Assembly (NCBI GenBank): GCA_044892525.1
Contig: CM097885.1
Span: forward strand, 190,216,001 to 190,280,000
DNA length: 64,000 nt
Direction of reading: 5' to 3'
Source of the DNA: Schmidtea polychroa
Taxonomy: Eukaryota
Each line of letters starts with the position of its first letter. The first letter of the stretch is position 1. A program made the translations under genes and the position numbers. The notes under the pieces were generated by a model. It searched no databases, had not been told where the DNA came from, and saw only the letters and a program-made list of their open reading frames with translations. Positions 33,906-47,074 of this stretch are shown in pieces.

Positions 33906-34438
33906 GGATTTTCCCGCGAGATGACCTCAGCCGTCGGAGAGTCCTGAATCAACTAATATCGTGTCTTGTCCTTGTGTTTTCTCTTATTCTAATTATGATG
34001 TATAAATTACGACGCGCCTGTATTGCAATGTTTGAAATAAACAATTTTTGTCTGTATACGGTTTTGTTTTTCGTTCATAAGGGATTTAAAATTGAGTGGT
34101 AAATAGCATTGAGGTTTTGAGATTCGGAGAATATTGTTCAATTTGCAATCCAAACCAAGGGTATGGCGACAGGGTGACAGAATGTGTAGACGTAAGTCCT
34201 TCTATCGGCTGTCAGGGTTAGGAAGTCGGGGTCTCAGTGAGGAGTAGTCCGAAGGAGGTGGCTCACCTGCTCACTGGCACCTCGCCATCATAGCACAGTT
34301 CCAACGTGAAGCAATTCACGGGTGCTATGTTGGATTATAGATTATGCACGGGCCCTGCTCGGGGTGACACAGTAATGACAGGTATAATCGTAACGGGCGT
34401 TCATCCTCTAGGCTAGAAAGTTGAACTAAGGGTGGTCA

Positions 34439-34569
34439 NNNNNNNNNNNNNNNNNNNNNNNNNNNNNNNNNNNNNNNNNNNNNNNNNNNNNNNNNNNNNN
34501 NNNNNNNNNNNNNNNNNNNNNNNNNNNNNNNNNNNNNNNNNNNNNNNNNNNNNNNNNNNNNNNNNNNNN
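34439..34569. other. Assembly gap (N run)
   Basis: Run of N following a GC-rich, LTR-like stretch (about 34140-34438). Confidence 1.
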
Positions 34570-35439
34570 AGTTACGAACTTCCAAATGCAGCTGAAGAAA
34601 TTTTAAAACCGGAAAGATTGTCATCCTTTGAAATGAGGCTGGCACTCGTAAATATTATTTTATCAGCTCAAAAGTGTTAATATTGTTTTCCGATAAATAT
34701 TAATGAATTTACGAATTTCCAAATGCAGCTGAAAAAATTTAATATTAGAAGAAATTGTCCCATTTTGAAATAAGGCTGTCACTCCCTCATTTTTTTGCGA
34801 AAAATGTATTGCATCGTTTCGCTAGAGAAACATACCAGCAATTTCAAAATGTTATAATTATTAGTATACGATAAATATATCCGGAGATATGGATTTTAGA
34901 ATATTTTATTTTAGCATTACAATAGACATAAAAAAGTTCGGGAATCGTAGAAATATTACCGATTTCGATTCCTGAAAAATATTCGATTCCCGTTTCCGAT
35001 TCAGTCGCTTTCCTACCATTTCGTATTGCATATTCATAAATCATAATACATATTGGAAAATAAAACAATTTTCTTAATAAAGAAATGATGATTTTTATTT
35101 TTTTGTATTTTAAATAGTATAATAGTTGTATTGAATGCCAACGAATAACTATAAACAAAAACTTTCCTCTTATTAATAATTATAGAACCTAAATTTTAAC
35201 TATAGTACTATCATAGACAGTTATTAATAATAGAGTAACATATAATACTTTCCCTCTTCTAAAAAAAGTAAAGAACTTGCAAAATTTTATTATTATAATT
35301 TCGTAATAAAACTCTAAACAAGTATAACAATATTTAATTTTAATAGTATCATACTTTGCAATTTGCATGTATATATAATGAAATTTGAAAAAAATTTAGA
35401 TAAGGGAATTTGTTCTTAAAAAAAGAATGGCTTCGGTTA

Positions 35440-37590
35440 TGTCCTCTTTGAAGTTAGCTCGTAGGTGTGACTTGATCAATCTCAGAGCGGAAAATAAGCG
35501 TTCCACACTGACTTGAGTAGGTGGAAAGGCAGTAACAATACTGGCAGCATTTTGTACTATTTCAGGATATTTTTACATCAAGTTTTGGTTTACGATTAAT
35601 TTAAATTTTTAAATTTTGTCAATTATTATATCCTCGTTGTCTTCAGCGTCTTTGTCTTGCATTAAACAAATGCGTTTGGATTTCTCTTCATGATCAAGAT
35701 ATTTTTCAAAATTCATTTCTATATCAGAGTTGGATGTGGAGGATTCACTAAGGAGAGAACCAGGGCCACTTTCAGATTATCAATTACCCTTAGAATCACC
35801 TTCCGTTAACGATTTGATTCGGACAGCTACATCACACAGAGCTGATTTCCCTCTTTCTAGCTGGTTGTCAGTTAAGAGTACCCTGTGCATAGGATCTACA
35901 TAAATTGCAGCCAGCAACACAGCATTGTTCATTATATCTTCCTCTCTACGTTTCATAGAATTTCTTATACCATCTGAAAAAATGCCATCAATTTGAGAGC
36001 ATTTGTAGCTAAGGTTTTTCCATTCTTTGTAGAATGATCCTGGTGTCAATTCGGCAGCTTGAATTTTTTTTGTGACTAAATACGGGATTTTAAGTAATTC
36101 TTCAAGTTTTAAGCCTCTTCCCACTGCATATCAGTCAGAGTAATGTTTGCGTTTGCCATATCGATTAATATTGGCTTTAATTCAAGAAGATGCTGAATCA
36201 TCTCATAGGTTCTTCCCCAACGTGTAGCTTGATCTAGAATTGGCCCCTTATCTGATCGTCGCCTTAAAATTGAATCAAGTTTTGGTGTTCTGGCCGCAAC
36301 TGCTATGTTGCGCAGCCTTTCTATTACATTTGATGCATTTCTTTCTTTTAAGCCATCCCGAATTGCAAGTTGCAATGTATGGACAACGCATGTGGGGGAT
36401 ATTTGAGAAGCCAACAAAATCAGTGACTGCAGAGTTAACAGTTTCATCAACATTAGAGGACTCTTCCTCTGAAAGTTCTTTACTACTATCTTCAAAAAGA
36501 TCTTCCGCTTCCCTAACATTACGACTAAGTTTCTGCACTGCACTGGTCATATTTGAAGCATTGTCTGTAATTATTGACAAAACTTGTTGCATTGAGATAT
36601 CATATTCTTATAAAATTTTCTTAAATAGGTTTTTAATGTACTCGCTAGAATGTTGAGCTTCTGTGTCCCTCACTGCAAGAGTTCGTATTGCCAGATTTCT
36701 TTCATCATCAAAGAACTGGACATTTATTGCAATGTAATTAATTTTGTCAATTATTATATCCTCGTTGTCTGCAGCGCGTTGGGTCTCACAGACCCAGACG
36801 ATCTTTTTTTGCGTAAAAAAAATTTTTGTGGCGTAGCATCAATTCAGAACATTCTGTAGCTGATTCATTTCAGCTTTACTTTAATTTCGACCAAAATCAT
36901 TAATACATTATTAAATCATTATAATTTTTAAATTATTTTTAAATTTTTATAATAATCTTTACTATTTTTGTAATTTTTTTAGCACGCGCTCTGCAGGGTT
37001 AATTCGCAGCCTAGTGCAAGCATCCATCTTTAGAAATAAAAGTTTATCTTTCAGAATTTTGTTTAATCATGTTTTCTGATTTTCAGCTTCTTCGATAATT
37101 AAATTCCGAATATCATGTCTTTCTAAAGACACTCCAAGTTTTAATGCCATTTCCCCTATTAATCCATGGAAAGCTTGCGAGGAAAATAATAAAAGTGCGA
37201 CCCCATTTTTTAAAACCAAGTCTATAAGGTGTTTCCTGAATATTTCTACGATCATCGAAACAGTAATTTTTTGACTGTGAAAATATTCTGTAAGAGAGCT
37301 TTGTTTATTTCTTGAAGTCAAGCTTCCAGCTTCCTCACATTTCTTATCCTCTGCTTCATGCTCCTGTATTGACTTGTGAATATTGGGATGTTTTCTTTGT
37401 AAGTGGCGCTTTTAATTTGAAGCTCTACTTGGAGATTTACTGCCACATTTCTCAGCCACAGTGTAAGCACTAATGTTCGCATTACACAGCTTGTCGTCGT
37501 GTTCTAGTTGACAAATAAAGTGACTTTTATTTTCACTCAATTTAAAAAATTGAAAAACTGCTGATTTCCTAGCACTTCTATGACTCATGG
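35440..37590 (-). pseudogene. Ac-type hAT transposase (BED finger, DDE, hATC), degenerate
   Basis: BED finger (FICQ..LC..KRHLQRKH), IITDNASNM, CVVHTLQLAI, ATRWGRTY, AAIYVDP and C-terminal PPTQVSVERLFS. Confidence 0.9.
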
Positions 37591-37953
37591 CTAATTTTTA
37601 ATTTACTAAATAAATTCTAAATTAAAAAATATACAATATGTAATTAATACAAGTACTAAAACTAACGCACTTAACAAAATAAACGGTTAATATCTGTATT
37701 TGTACGTCAATTAATAAAAAAATCAAATTTAGATTAAAAATCAATTAATTTTAATAGAAGCAGTAAATTATTTGACTTATTATATATTTACTGCTTTTAT
37801 TAAAATTTTTTATTTTATTTTTTTTCGAAGTGGAAAAGGAGTCGAAGAGTCGATCGATTTTTATCGACTCCGACTCCGATTTCGACTTCTGGCAAAACCT
37901 TCGACTCATCGACTTTTCGACTCCGACTCCGACTCCCCATCCCTGTATTTAAC

Positions 37954-39150
37954 CATAGCTCTCCAACTGAAACGAACTCTATCAAGAAGTTGACTTTTAC
38001 CTTTTCGTCTCCAATTATCTGTCTTCGAAAAATTACCTCATCTCCTTGATATGAAATCGATATTTTCTTGGTGTATGGTAGTGTCTGTAATAACCATCGT
38101 GATACAAAATATGTACCCCAACTCCGAAGTACATATTGGTTTACGACTACTCATAACGAGTAATCCTGTTGTGCTGTTAGATCATCGAAAACTTTCACTC
38201 TCTCATCGACATTTAGTTCGAATGTTGAACAATATTCTCCACAAAATGAGAAACTAAACCTTGTTCTATTATCGCAAGTGGTTGATATTTGAAAACTATT
38301 ATGCGTTCGCGCAAAGTGCAAATGTTCAATTTGTACTGCTACTGGATAAAACATTGCTGGTACTGCAGCCTGTATTGTAGTCATTAGTAAAATACAGATA
38401 ACTAAGAACGTGACGCCTTTCGGTACACCTCTAGACCGTAATGGTTATCGGTTCTTCTAAGTATCCCATATAATAGGTTTCGGTTTCTCCTTGAGTTTTG
38501 GAATTTCTGTCTTTTGTTTACTCAATTGTTCTTTATCCTGAACTGGTACTGTACACTTTTACATCGATTTGTATGTATCATAATAGGTTCCGCTTTCCGA
38601 TTAGCTACTAACTATAATATCAAATTCGTGTCAGTGGTTTTTAGGACTTCATATGGACCTTTGAAATTTCGCATTGACTTTGGGGATAAGCCTTTCTTAT
38701 TGTAATGGCTTTCCAACATAACTTAATCTCCCACCAATATTTGCTGATCTTTTGCTTTGCTATTTCGACGCTTCTTGATTATATTTGATGTTGAGACTAG
38801 CTTTTGTCCATGTCTCTTGCATTCGCTCTCTCATCTCCAAGAGATAGTCCACTTGGTCTAGGTATTGTGTAGCTTTCGGATAGAACAACAAATCTACCGG
38901 CATTTTACTCTGTCTTAAATACATCAGGTAAAATAGAGTTTGTCCCATACCTCCGTGAACTGCATTTCGATATGCGAATAGACATGATGGAATATGTACA
39001 TCTCAATCAGTTTGGGCTGAATTGACATATGATGCGATCATATTAGCTAAAGTTCCGTTGAACCTTTCGACTAACCCATTAGTTTGTGGGTGATATGGCG
39101 ATATGTTTAGTTTCATAATACCAAAACAGCTCTTTGTCGCATTGCGTACC
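37954..39150 (-). pseudogene. Ty3/Gypsy integrase remnant plus a downstream signal-peptide ORF interrupted by the hAT
   Basis: SPYHPQTNGLVERFNGTL..LFAYRNAVH. The downstream frame VTFLVICILLMTTIQAAVP.. (one internal stop at 38151) continues in frame across the hAT TSD into 30238-30000. Confidence 0.85.
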
Positions 39151-39189
39151 AGATCAAATGGAACAATACAATACCGCATGAAAATGAAA

Positions 39190-39719
39190 ATAGCGAAAAC
39201 CAGCTCCCAGTATACATAAACACAGATAAACTCTATCAACCAAATCCTGATGCAGAATTAAATTCAACACTCTCAAAGGTCTGTCACAAAATCACGGAGT
39301 TAGTTGAGAAGGAAAGAAGAAAACCACATCTCTCAAACCTAACGAAAGACGAACAGGCAATATTAAAATCCCTTAAAAAGAAACCGTACGTTTACTTACC
39401 AAGTGACAAGGGGGGAGAATTTTGCATTATAGAGAAGAATCGTTACTGTGAAGCTGGTTACGAACACCTCGGCAACATCGAAACATACAAGAAAGTCAGC
39501 CGCATGTCACCAAACACCATCGAAATGAAGATCAACAAAGTATGGAAAGCCATAGCTTTGGAAATGAGGCTCAACAACAGAATAACCAACAGCTTCGTCA
39601 CAAAAAATTCTGATCTTCCTAACTTCTACCACCTAATTAAAACTCACAAAGAGGGTCCTGGTATCAAAATTAGACCTATAGTGTCCAACAAAAATGGACC
39701 AATAGTGAAGTTGGCTTGA
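39190..39719 (+). pseudogene. Penelope-like element RT N-terminal fragment
   Basis: SNLTKDEQAILKSLKK..PSDKGGEFCII..Y, and PNFYHLIKTHK..IRPIVS..P..KLA, typical of the pre-RT region of PLEs. Confidence 0.85.
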
Positions 39720-41330
39720 AATTGAAAAAGCGATATTGTCGGCTTAACTGATTGCTTTTTAAAAAGACTTCGTTAAAAGAAAAAATATACTAACACTCAT
39801 CATGACAAAAATTGTATAATTTATTAATGTTTTTATATTTATTAAATTTTATTAATTTTACATTTTTGAATTCTTATAAAAACCTATAAAAACACTATAA
39901 TAGTTTATAAAATGGAAAATTTGAAAAATTTCCGTATTACTTACGAATGTTTCTTTGTTACCCCATCTGGGGTAATTTACCCCGGTTTCCAGAACGCTGA
40001 TCTAAACAAAGGCGTAGAAAAATTTTTGTAAACTTGGAATTTTTTCGTATATTGAATGTTTTAATATCTCAAATAACTGGGCTTAAAATAAAATAAATAT
40101 ATTTAATGGTACATTGAAAATATTTCTCGAAAAAAATGAACTCATAATTATCATTAGTGGTGGTTTGCATTTGAAAATTTTATACTTTACTGGTCTGTGG
40201 TGCCTTTATGGTTGAGAAGCTCTGCATTAGATCATCGTATTACACCTGTTAATATTACATTGCATTTGACGTAGCCTTTGTAATTATTATTAGTGGTGGG
40301 GTTAAAACAATAAAATATTTGAATAGATTAAAATTACTTTACCTGATTGCTAATTGTGGAAAATTAAGTTGGACATGATTTACATTCCGAATCAAGTTAT
40401 TTATTTTGAATTCGAGATTTTGTTGCAGCAAACAGTTTTTGATAAAATGAGAATTATAAAAGTGGGCCATTTTTATCGTCTATCCAATTTAGCGAAAGTA
40501 GTTTGCAATATTACGATACAGAAAGAAAGGCATGTCATGGGTAAACATGACTGCTATTAGAATGATATACTTAGCAGTGAATGGAAATCTGATTTCAATT
40601 ATTGATATATTATTGCTTTAAAAATAACTAAATAAATCTTAAAGAAGTATCAGAGTCAACAAAATTATTATTTGATGCTGCAGAAGATAAAATCATAATT
40701 TTAGATGAAGATTTACTTGTAAAGTGAAAAGAAGATTATTAGTAACAAATGTTAAAATATTCAATTAGAATTTCTCTGTGTGGAATTTGAAAACATTGGT
40801 ATAATAATTTCGACGTAGTTACTAAAATAAAACTAAAAGATCAAAAGAAATATGTAAAGACGACGATTTTCAGGATGGAGCGGAAAAAAGATTTTCCTTG
40901 AGAGAAAATAAAAAAATGAAAATTATATTTAAAAATATAATTTTAAAAATTTTATTATCGATAAATATTAAAATATTAAATAAATGAGTACATTTCCATA
41001 GAAGGAAACCCAAAAATAAAAATAATAATGAAATAAGTAAATTAATATTAGTAACGAAAATAAACTAATTAGACACTGGTTGCGAAACGGAGATAAACTT
41101 TATTTTTTTAAAAACAATATTAATTAAATGAATAATTGGAAATTTATAACAAACAATTTACATATTAAATTACAATAAAAAATAACAGTTCATTATTGCA
41201 GTCCGCATGGGCAGTGATTGACGGTAACTAGCGGAATTAGTGATATGCAGGTTTCCGCATGGGATCTGTGGTGTGTCATGTAGTGAACTTGGGATGTCGT
41301 TCCAATTTCTATTTGCATCTTCTGAATGTG
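39700..41330 (+). repeat. Inverted dispersed repeat, copy A (of about 58090-60680)
   Basis: Reverse-complement match, including an identical MWKIKLDMIY.. pseudo-ORF at 40354 (+) and 58979 (-). Confidence 0.92.
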
Positions 41331-42340
41331 TTCTCAATGCTGTCTTGAGAGTTCTGTGAAATCTTTCAACTTTGCCATTGCATTGAGAATGGTATGGTGT
41401 TGTGTGTCTGAAATCAATGTTGCGCTTTTGACAGAATTCCCTGAATGTGGACGATATGAATTGCTTACCATTGTCTGTAACCATTATTTCAGGGGCTCAA
41501 TACCGAGCTACCCACTCGTTTTCTACTGTTCTGGTTACTAAACTGCTTGTGATATCAGAGATAGGAATTGCTTCTGGTCGTGAGGTGTTTGTCAATTATA
41601 GTAAGCATGAATCTTTTATTATTTACTGGTGGGAGTGGGCCGACGATGTCGATATGAATGACTTTGAATGTTTCTCCTTCTGGAAGTTTCTTCAAGGTTG
41701 ACTTTGTATGATGCCCCGTCACTTTATTTCTTTGAGATTTTTCCTAATTTGTAAACAATTTGTTCTTGCGTACAGGGCCACGCACATTTTGATGATATTA
41801 GTTTTATTGTCCCATTTGCTCCTGGGTGGCAAAAATTATGAAGCCGCTGGAATTCCCTGATTTGGAATTGTTCTGGCAGTATTATTCGAAGGGAGCTAGT
41901 AGACATATCCACTAGAATTCCGTCATCATCTATACTTATTTTAAATGAGTGATTTGGCTTTAAATTTTGGGCGAATGATTGTTGTCTTTGTTGATGAATT
42001 ATTTCACTTTTTGGCATCGTCAAGATCTTAGCAGTATTGAGAGTATTGTTAACTGAATTAGTTTGTCTTGATAGGAAATCTGCAACAATGTTGTCTTTCA
42101 CTTTAATGTGAATTATCTTTGTATCGAATTCGTTTATAAACTGGATCCATCGCCATTGTCTATTGGATGTATTTTTCATTGTAATTATATATGCTAATGG
42201 CTTGTGATCGGTTAGTAGTTGGAATATGTTGCCATCAGGGTGATATTTGAAGTTTTTGATAGCTAAATAGGCAGCCAATAGTTCTCGGTCAAATGTTGAA
42301 TATCTTTGTTCAGTTTGGTTGAACTTTCTAGAGAAAAAAA
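41170..42340 (-). pseudogene. Ty3/Gypsy pol remnant (RNase H plus integrase)
   Basis: FFSRKFNQTEQRYSTFDRELLAAY, LLTDHKPL, NIVADFLSR, H..CHPG, VTDNGKQF and YHSQCNGKVERFHRTLK. Confidence 0.93.
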
Positions 42341-42439
42341 CTGATTGGTTTAAGTTTACCTTCTGCCGTTCTGTGATTAAGACTTGCACTAATTCCAATG
42401 TCCGATGCATCCGTACATACAATGAATATGCGTTGCGAA

Positions 42440-43900
42440 TTCGGAGGGACTCAGTATATTTGCATAGGCCGGAACCAGTAAAAGGCCTATCAACAAAATT
42501 GCAAAGACCATTTAGGGTCCATACACCGTGTGTGATGTTACAGCAACTAATTTAAAGTTACGTCCAATAAATAACAAAAGAGCAGAAACAATTATAGTTC
42601 ATGCAAATCGATGTAAAAAGGTATCAGAAATGGAATATCAATTACGATCAAAACAAAAGAAACTGAATGATGAAACAATCATTCAACAAAAATTTCAAAA
42701 AAACCCTACGTCATTGGGCTATATGAATAAAGTTTTATTTATAACTGCAGTCTTAGTAACTATCATATCAAATGCAAATGAAATGACAATGAATTTACAA
42801 TATGCAGTCGAAAAAGTACTATTATTGGATAATATATATTCATCGTTTACCAGTATTGTGTGGACATATCATTGTGAAATATAAGAACAAATAGAAGTTA
42901 GCAATCTATTGAATCCTTTCGAACCATTTTTTACGTTGAATTATGATAAAAGCGTATATGTAGCGCGTCGATTGACAACAAATTATAATTATCCTTGGAC
43001 CATTAAACAATACGTATTTCAAACAAACGCTACTCAAAGAATTTATAACCTTATACAAATTAACATTTGGACAAAAGAGTGGAGAAACTTTGTTGAAATT
43101 GAACAGATGATAAATGAAATTCATGTATATTGGAAAGCAGAAGAACACAGAAAGTCAAAATTGTTTTCCAAAACCATACGATTGAAACATTAAATAAAAG
43201 AAAATCTTGAGTTAAATATAAAAATTTACAAGTAAATCTCACTTACAATCTTTCAATACATTATTACGAGAAATTTATTCATGATAATGGAACATATACG
43301 GAGAATCAATGGTCAAAAATAAAAGAGCAGCATGAAATGATACATCTTAACAATGAAACCAATCAAGTCCAAATGCAAATTAACAATAAAATAATAACTG
43401 TTCCATGCGAAATCAGTAATCAAGAAAGAGTAAATATTTTTGTAAATAACAAGATTCAGGTGGTGCTGGATGTCTATCAAACAAAAGCAGAACTCAGTCT
43501 TAAAAACTCAAGAAACGAGCACATATCAAGAGAATTCGCGATAAAAATTCAATATTGCAAGCGAAAAGCGAACTCAGATCGATAACAAGTCACCTTCATT
43601 GAAAATAAACTGATTTATCTGTTTAACAATAACTTCTCAAAAATTGAAAATAATGATTGCAACTTAATATGATCACTTAATTCTTCACTGTTAAAAAAAG
43701 AAAGTCAATTGACAAATTGTGTTAAAAACTCATCTTTTCATAATCATAATAATATGATTTTCATCTATGTAATCATGGCAATTCCAAGTAGTGTCCTAGT
43801 CATTTACATCATAGTCAGTTCAAAAACAAAAAGAAATAACAAGCATTTTTATCATTCACTGTGTTCAAGACCACACACAATATGGTGGTCGGAGACATTG
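42440..43900 (+). pseudogene. Gypsy integrase C-terminus followed by a degenerate secreted or membrane (env-like) ORF
   Basis: VYLHRPEPVKGLSTKLQRPF resembles the GPY/F region. It is followed by MNKVLFITAVLVTIISNA (signal-like) and a hydrophobic stretch near 43760. Broken by stops. Confidence 0.5.
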
Positions 43901-44659
43901 GTGTAGTAAGATACTGTTTTATTGCATGTTAATGACAGTAGAGTATTATTTCCTAAATATTTTATAACATTGTGATCTGAGAAATACTTGATAACTCTTC
44001 CTTGTAAAATTATTATTAAATTTTTAAAAAATTATTTTACTGTAATTTGATTGGTCGAATAATCACACTGCTGAGGGAAGGGATTTTGGGTATAAGATGA
44101 CGGTTGTTTTCAAAATTTTGATTTGGAAAACTCATTTCAAACTAAAAAGAAAGAAATATTCAATCACATGCAACAAATCAGCAAACCAACTAAATTATAC
44201 GCTCAATACTATAAAGAAAAAAGAAGTATCGAAAAAATCAGTGTAATTGAAGAAAATCTACAAATCCAAAATTGGGTCAGAATCACGAGAGAAGATATGC
44301 GAATCAGCATGATAGAACTAGAATGGATATCAAATACTAACTTCTCAGAACTAATGTTTAGAAAAAAGGAAGAAGATTAGCAAATCCACATTTTCAAGGG
44401 AACTGTTGAAATTCTAGAAAACGACGGAACAATTTATAAAGTAATAGCGAATGACACGTCGTAGAAAATTGAAAAGGAAAATTGGATGAAAAAGCTGAGA
44501 GCGGCAAACGGTGTCGCGTGAATAATGTTGGAATGTCGGAGACAAGCCTCAACAATGTCAATAATGGAACAAATCCGATCAAAAGAGGAAAAAACGAGCC
44601 TGATGCCAATTACGGAAGAGATGCTTAAGCACAGAAAATCGTTTTTGCAAAGAAAATGA

Positions 44660-45363
44660 CAACAGAAGAAATTCGAAAAATTATTGTGTTTATGGACGCG
44701 GAATGAATGAAGAAAACAAGATGGCTCCGTTGTCCATTTGCTTAATCGAATATAATGGAAGAATAACTAATAAACACCAGAGAAAAGTTAAAAAATTATG
44801 TGACCCAAATCCATGGCATTACTGAGAAAATGTCGAGAAATCAGAAGGATCAGTAACAGAGTTGGAAGGAAGAGCAATAATTGACAGCAAGAAAAATATT
44901 GATTGGCCATGATCTCCAAAATGAATTATTATATAGTGGAGTGAATCCAAATGAATTATGGGAAATTCGAGATTTAGCTGCAGTTCAAGCTGTTACAAAA
45001 AAGAGAATTACAAAGAATGGGAAATGGTATAAACTATCAATAGTTGCGCAAGAGATATGCAAAATAAACATACAAAAAGGAACTCACTCAGCGCGAGATG
45101 ATACGGACGCAGTGCGAAGAGTTTATTTAGTAATAGAAAGCGATTGGGAAGATGACATCGCTATCAAAGTACCAACACGGATATCTCACTCACTACAAGA
45201 TTACAAAACTCGTCAACTCATGATGAATCAAGAAAGGGAAAATAAAAAACTCAAAATCCCGGAAGAAAAAATAATAAATTGGAACGATAAGTTAATCCAG
45301 GAAATGCCAAAGATCTTAAAATACCATGCTCAGCAAGTTCAATATGAATTGGGAAAAAATTAA
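44660..45363 (+). pseudogene. DEDDh 3'-5' exonuclease (REX4/ISG20-like) within an A-rich polyprotein remnant
   Basis: IVFMDAE (Exo I, 44683-44703), YVTQIHGI, ILIGHDLQNEL (Exo II), IRDL, and IQKGTHSARDDTDAV (Exo III). Confidence 0.75.
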
Positions 45364-46193
45364 AGTTATCAAAGTAGAGATAAAAAGAGAGCTGAAAGTA
45401 ATGACAATATTGGCTCCCAAGTTCAGCCGGCATCAACTTTTAATAAATGTAGGAATGTAATCAAAATTCTACTGATATATTATTAATAAAATCTGAATTA
45501 TAGGCCACATTTCTCGCTATATTTATGTGTAAATGAAGTAATCCGTCATATTGCAGCAAGCTTGTGCATTGATAAAATTTCTCTCCTGCTATTACTTTCT
45601 GTTTCTTAGAAACACATATAAGCACACCGACATGTACACGCTATGGAATGCACACCAACTTGATCTTCGATTGAAATCAAAATATTTCAAAAAGATACGC
45701 ATTGTAATATGTCACACAAATGAATACCGGATGGACACCTGCATGCATGTCTGATTGACTGCATGAAACAAAAACCAACGACTGAGAAAGGTGCTGTGAC
45801 GATTATAGTGGATGCATGCAGGCACAGGGTCACACAAGTTTCTTTTGCATGCACCCACCAGCACATACATATGGAGACACAAATTTTCGCGATGCCTGAT
45901 TGTCAATGATCGCAGTGTTCCGCGGGCGGTCTAGCAACGCCTTTTAGTTGAAAATCATTTCGTAGGTAATGTTAAAAGGCAATGAGTGTTGGCTAATGGC
46001 ACATTTGGTTATCTGGACAAAAAAAAACAGTGTCGGCAGTGATTAAAATATTTTGATACATCCGTTTGCACTGAATAAACGCACCTATATTATAAAACAA
46101 AAAATCAATATGTGTATATTATATAAACATACAAACTTACATGTGTGTTAATTTTTATCGTTGCAATGAATAAACGCATTAAATAATAAACGC

Positions 46194-47070
46194 GTGACAT
46201 TGGTACCTGAACGTCGAAATTGTAGTTCGACAATTGAGATCCGAGCCGTTTATGCAAGCATGTTACGAACCTTAGAAATTGAAAGTGATGATAAAAATGT
46301 TGTCTTCCTCGATGAAGTTGGATTTGCGGTGGTAACACGCCCATCTCGTGGAAGAAGCTCCAAAGGATCATCGGCCTATCTCTCTGTGCCGGCTGCGAGA
46401 AGCAGAAATATTTCTGTCGTTGCTGCAATGAACAAATACGGTATGATCTACCATAAAATCCAGGAAAGAGCTGTTAATGGTGAAGATTTTAAAACATGCT
46501 TAAAAGAAATCCATGATTGCTGTATTCGCTTAGGAATAGTTTCCCCCATCTTTATAATGGATAATGCCCGCATACATCATTACAGGGAGTTGATTGATGA
46601 CGCAGAAATATCGTCCTATAGAATACAATACCTTCCGCCTTATTCTCCGTTTTTGAACCCCATCGAAAACGTGTTTTCCGTTTGGAAAAATTGTGTCATT
46701 CGCAGCAATGCGCGCACTGAAGCAGAATTAAGAAGCAATATTACCGACAATTTTTATTAAATAACACCTGAACATTGTGCTTCTTTTTATCGAAAAATGC
46801 TTAAATATTTACAAAAAGCGGAGTTAAGACTGGAGATTCTTGAATAGTAAATCTTTAGCTTGAAATTTTTTAAGAATATTTTTTATATTTATAAAATATA
46901 TTTATAAAATTGGTGTTTATTTTTTAATTTTTTTTATGAAATTGATTGCAAATATTATGAATTTGATTGCAAAAGTTATTAAATTGGTCGGGAAATTATG
47001 AATTTGATTGCAAAAATTATGGAATTGAACGAGAAATTATGAAATTGGTTGCAAATATTATTAAATTGGT
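46194..47070 (+). mobile_element. Tc1/IS630-family transposon fragment
   Basis: FLDEVGF, IMDNARIH and YSPFLNPIENVF. ATTATGAATTTGATTGCAAA-type terminal repeats at about 46935-47070. Confidence 0.92.
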
Positions 47071-47074
47071 CGTG

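Larger units (their letters stand above)
30247..37945 (-). mobile_element. Ac-like hAT transposon carrying nested insertions
   Basis: Left TIR CAAGGAT(A/G)GGGAGTCG at 30247 (duplicated at 18225). Right TIR CGACTCCCCATCCCTG ending at 37945. TSD TATTTAAG / TATTTAAC (7 of 8 match). CGACTC subterminal repeats at both ends. Confidence 0.85.

Noticed and set aside
16610-34680. ORFs containing X runs (16610, 18377, 18387, 18407, 34432, 34436)
   Set aside because: Artefacts of reading through N gaps.
45550-45910. Cys-rich or Kunitz-like exon on the minus strand
   Set aside because: The Cys spacing does not fit a known domain in any single frame, and no clear splice sites were found.
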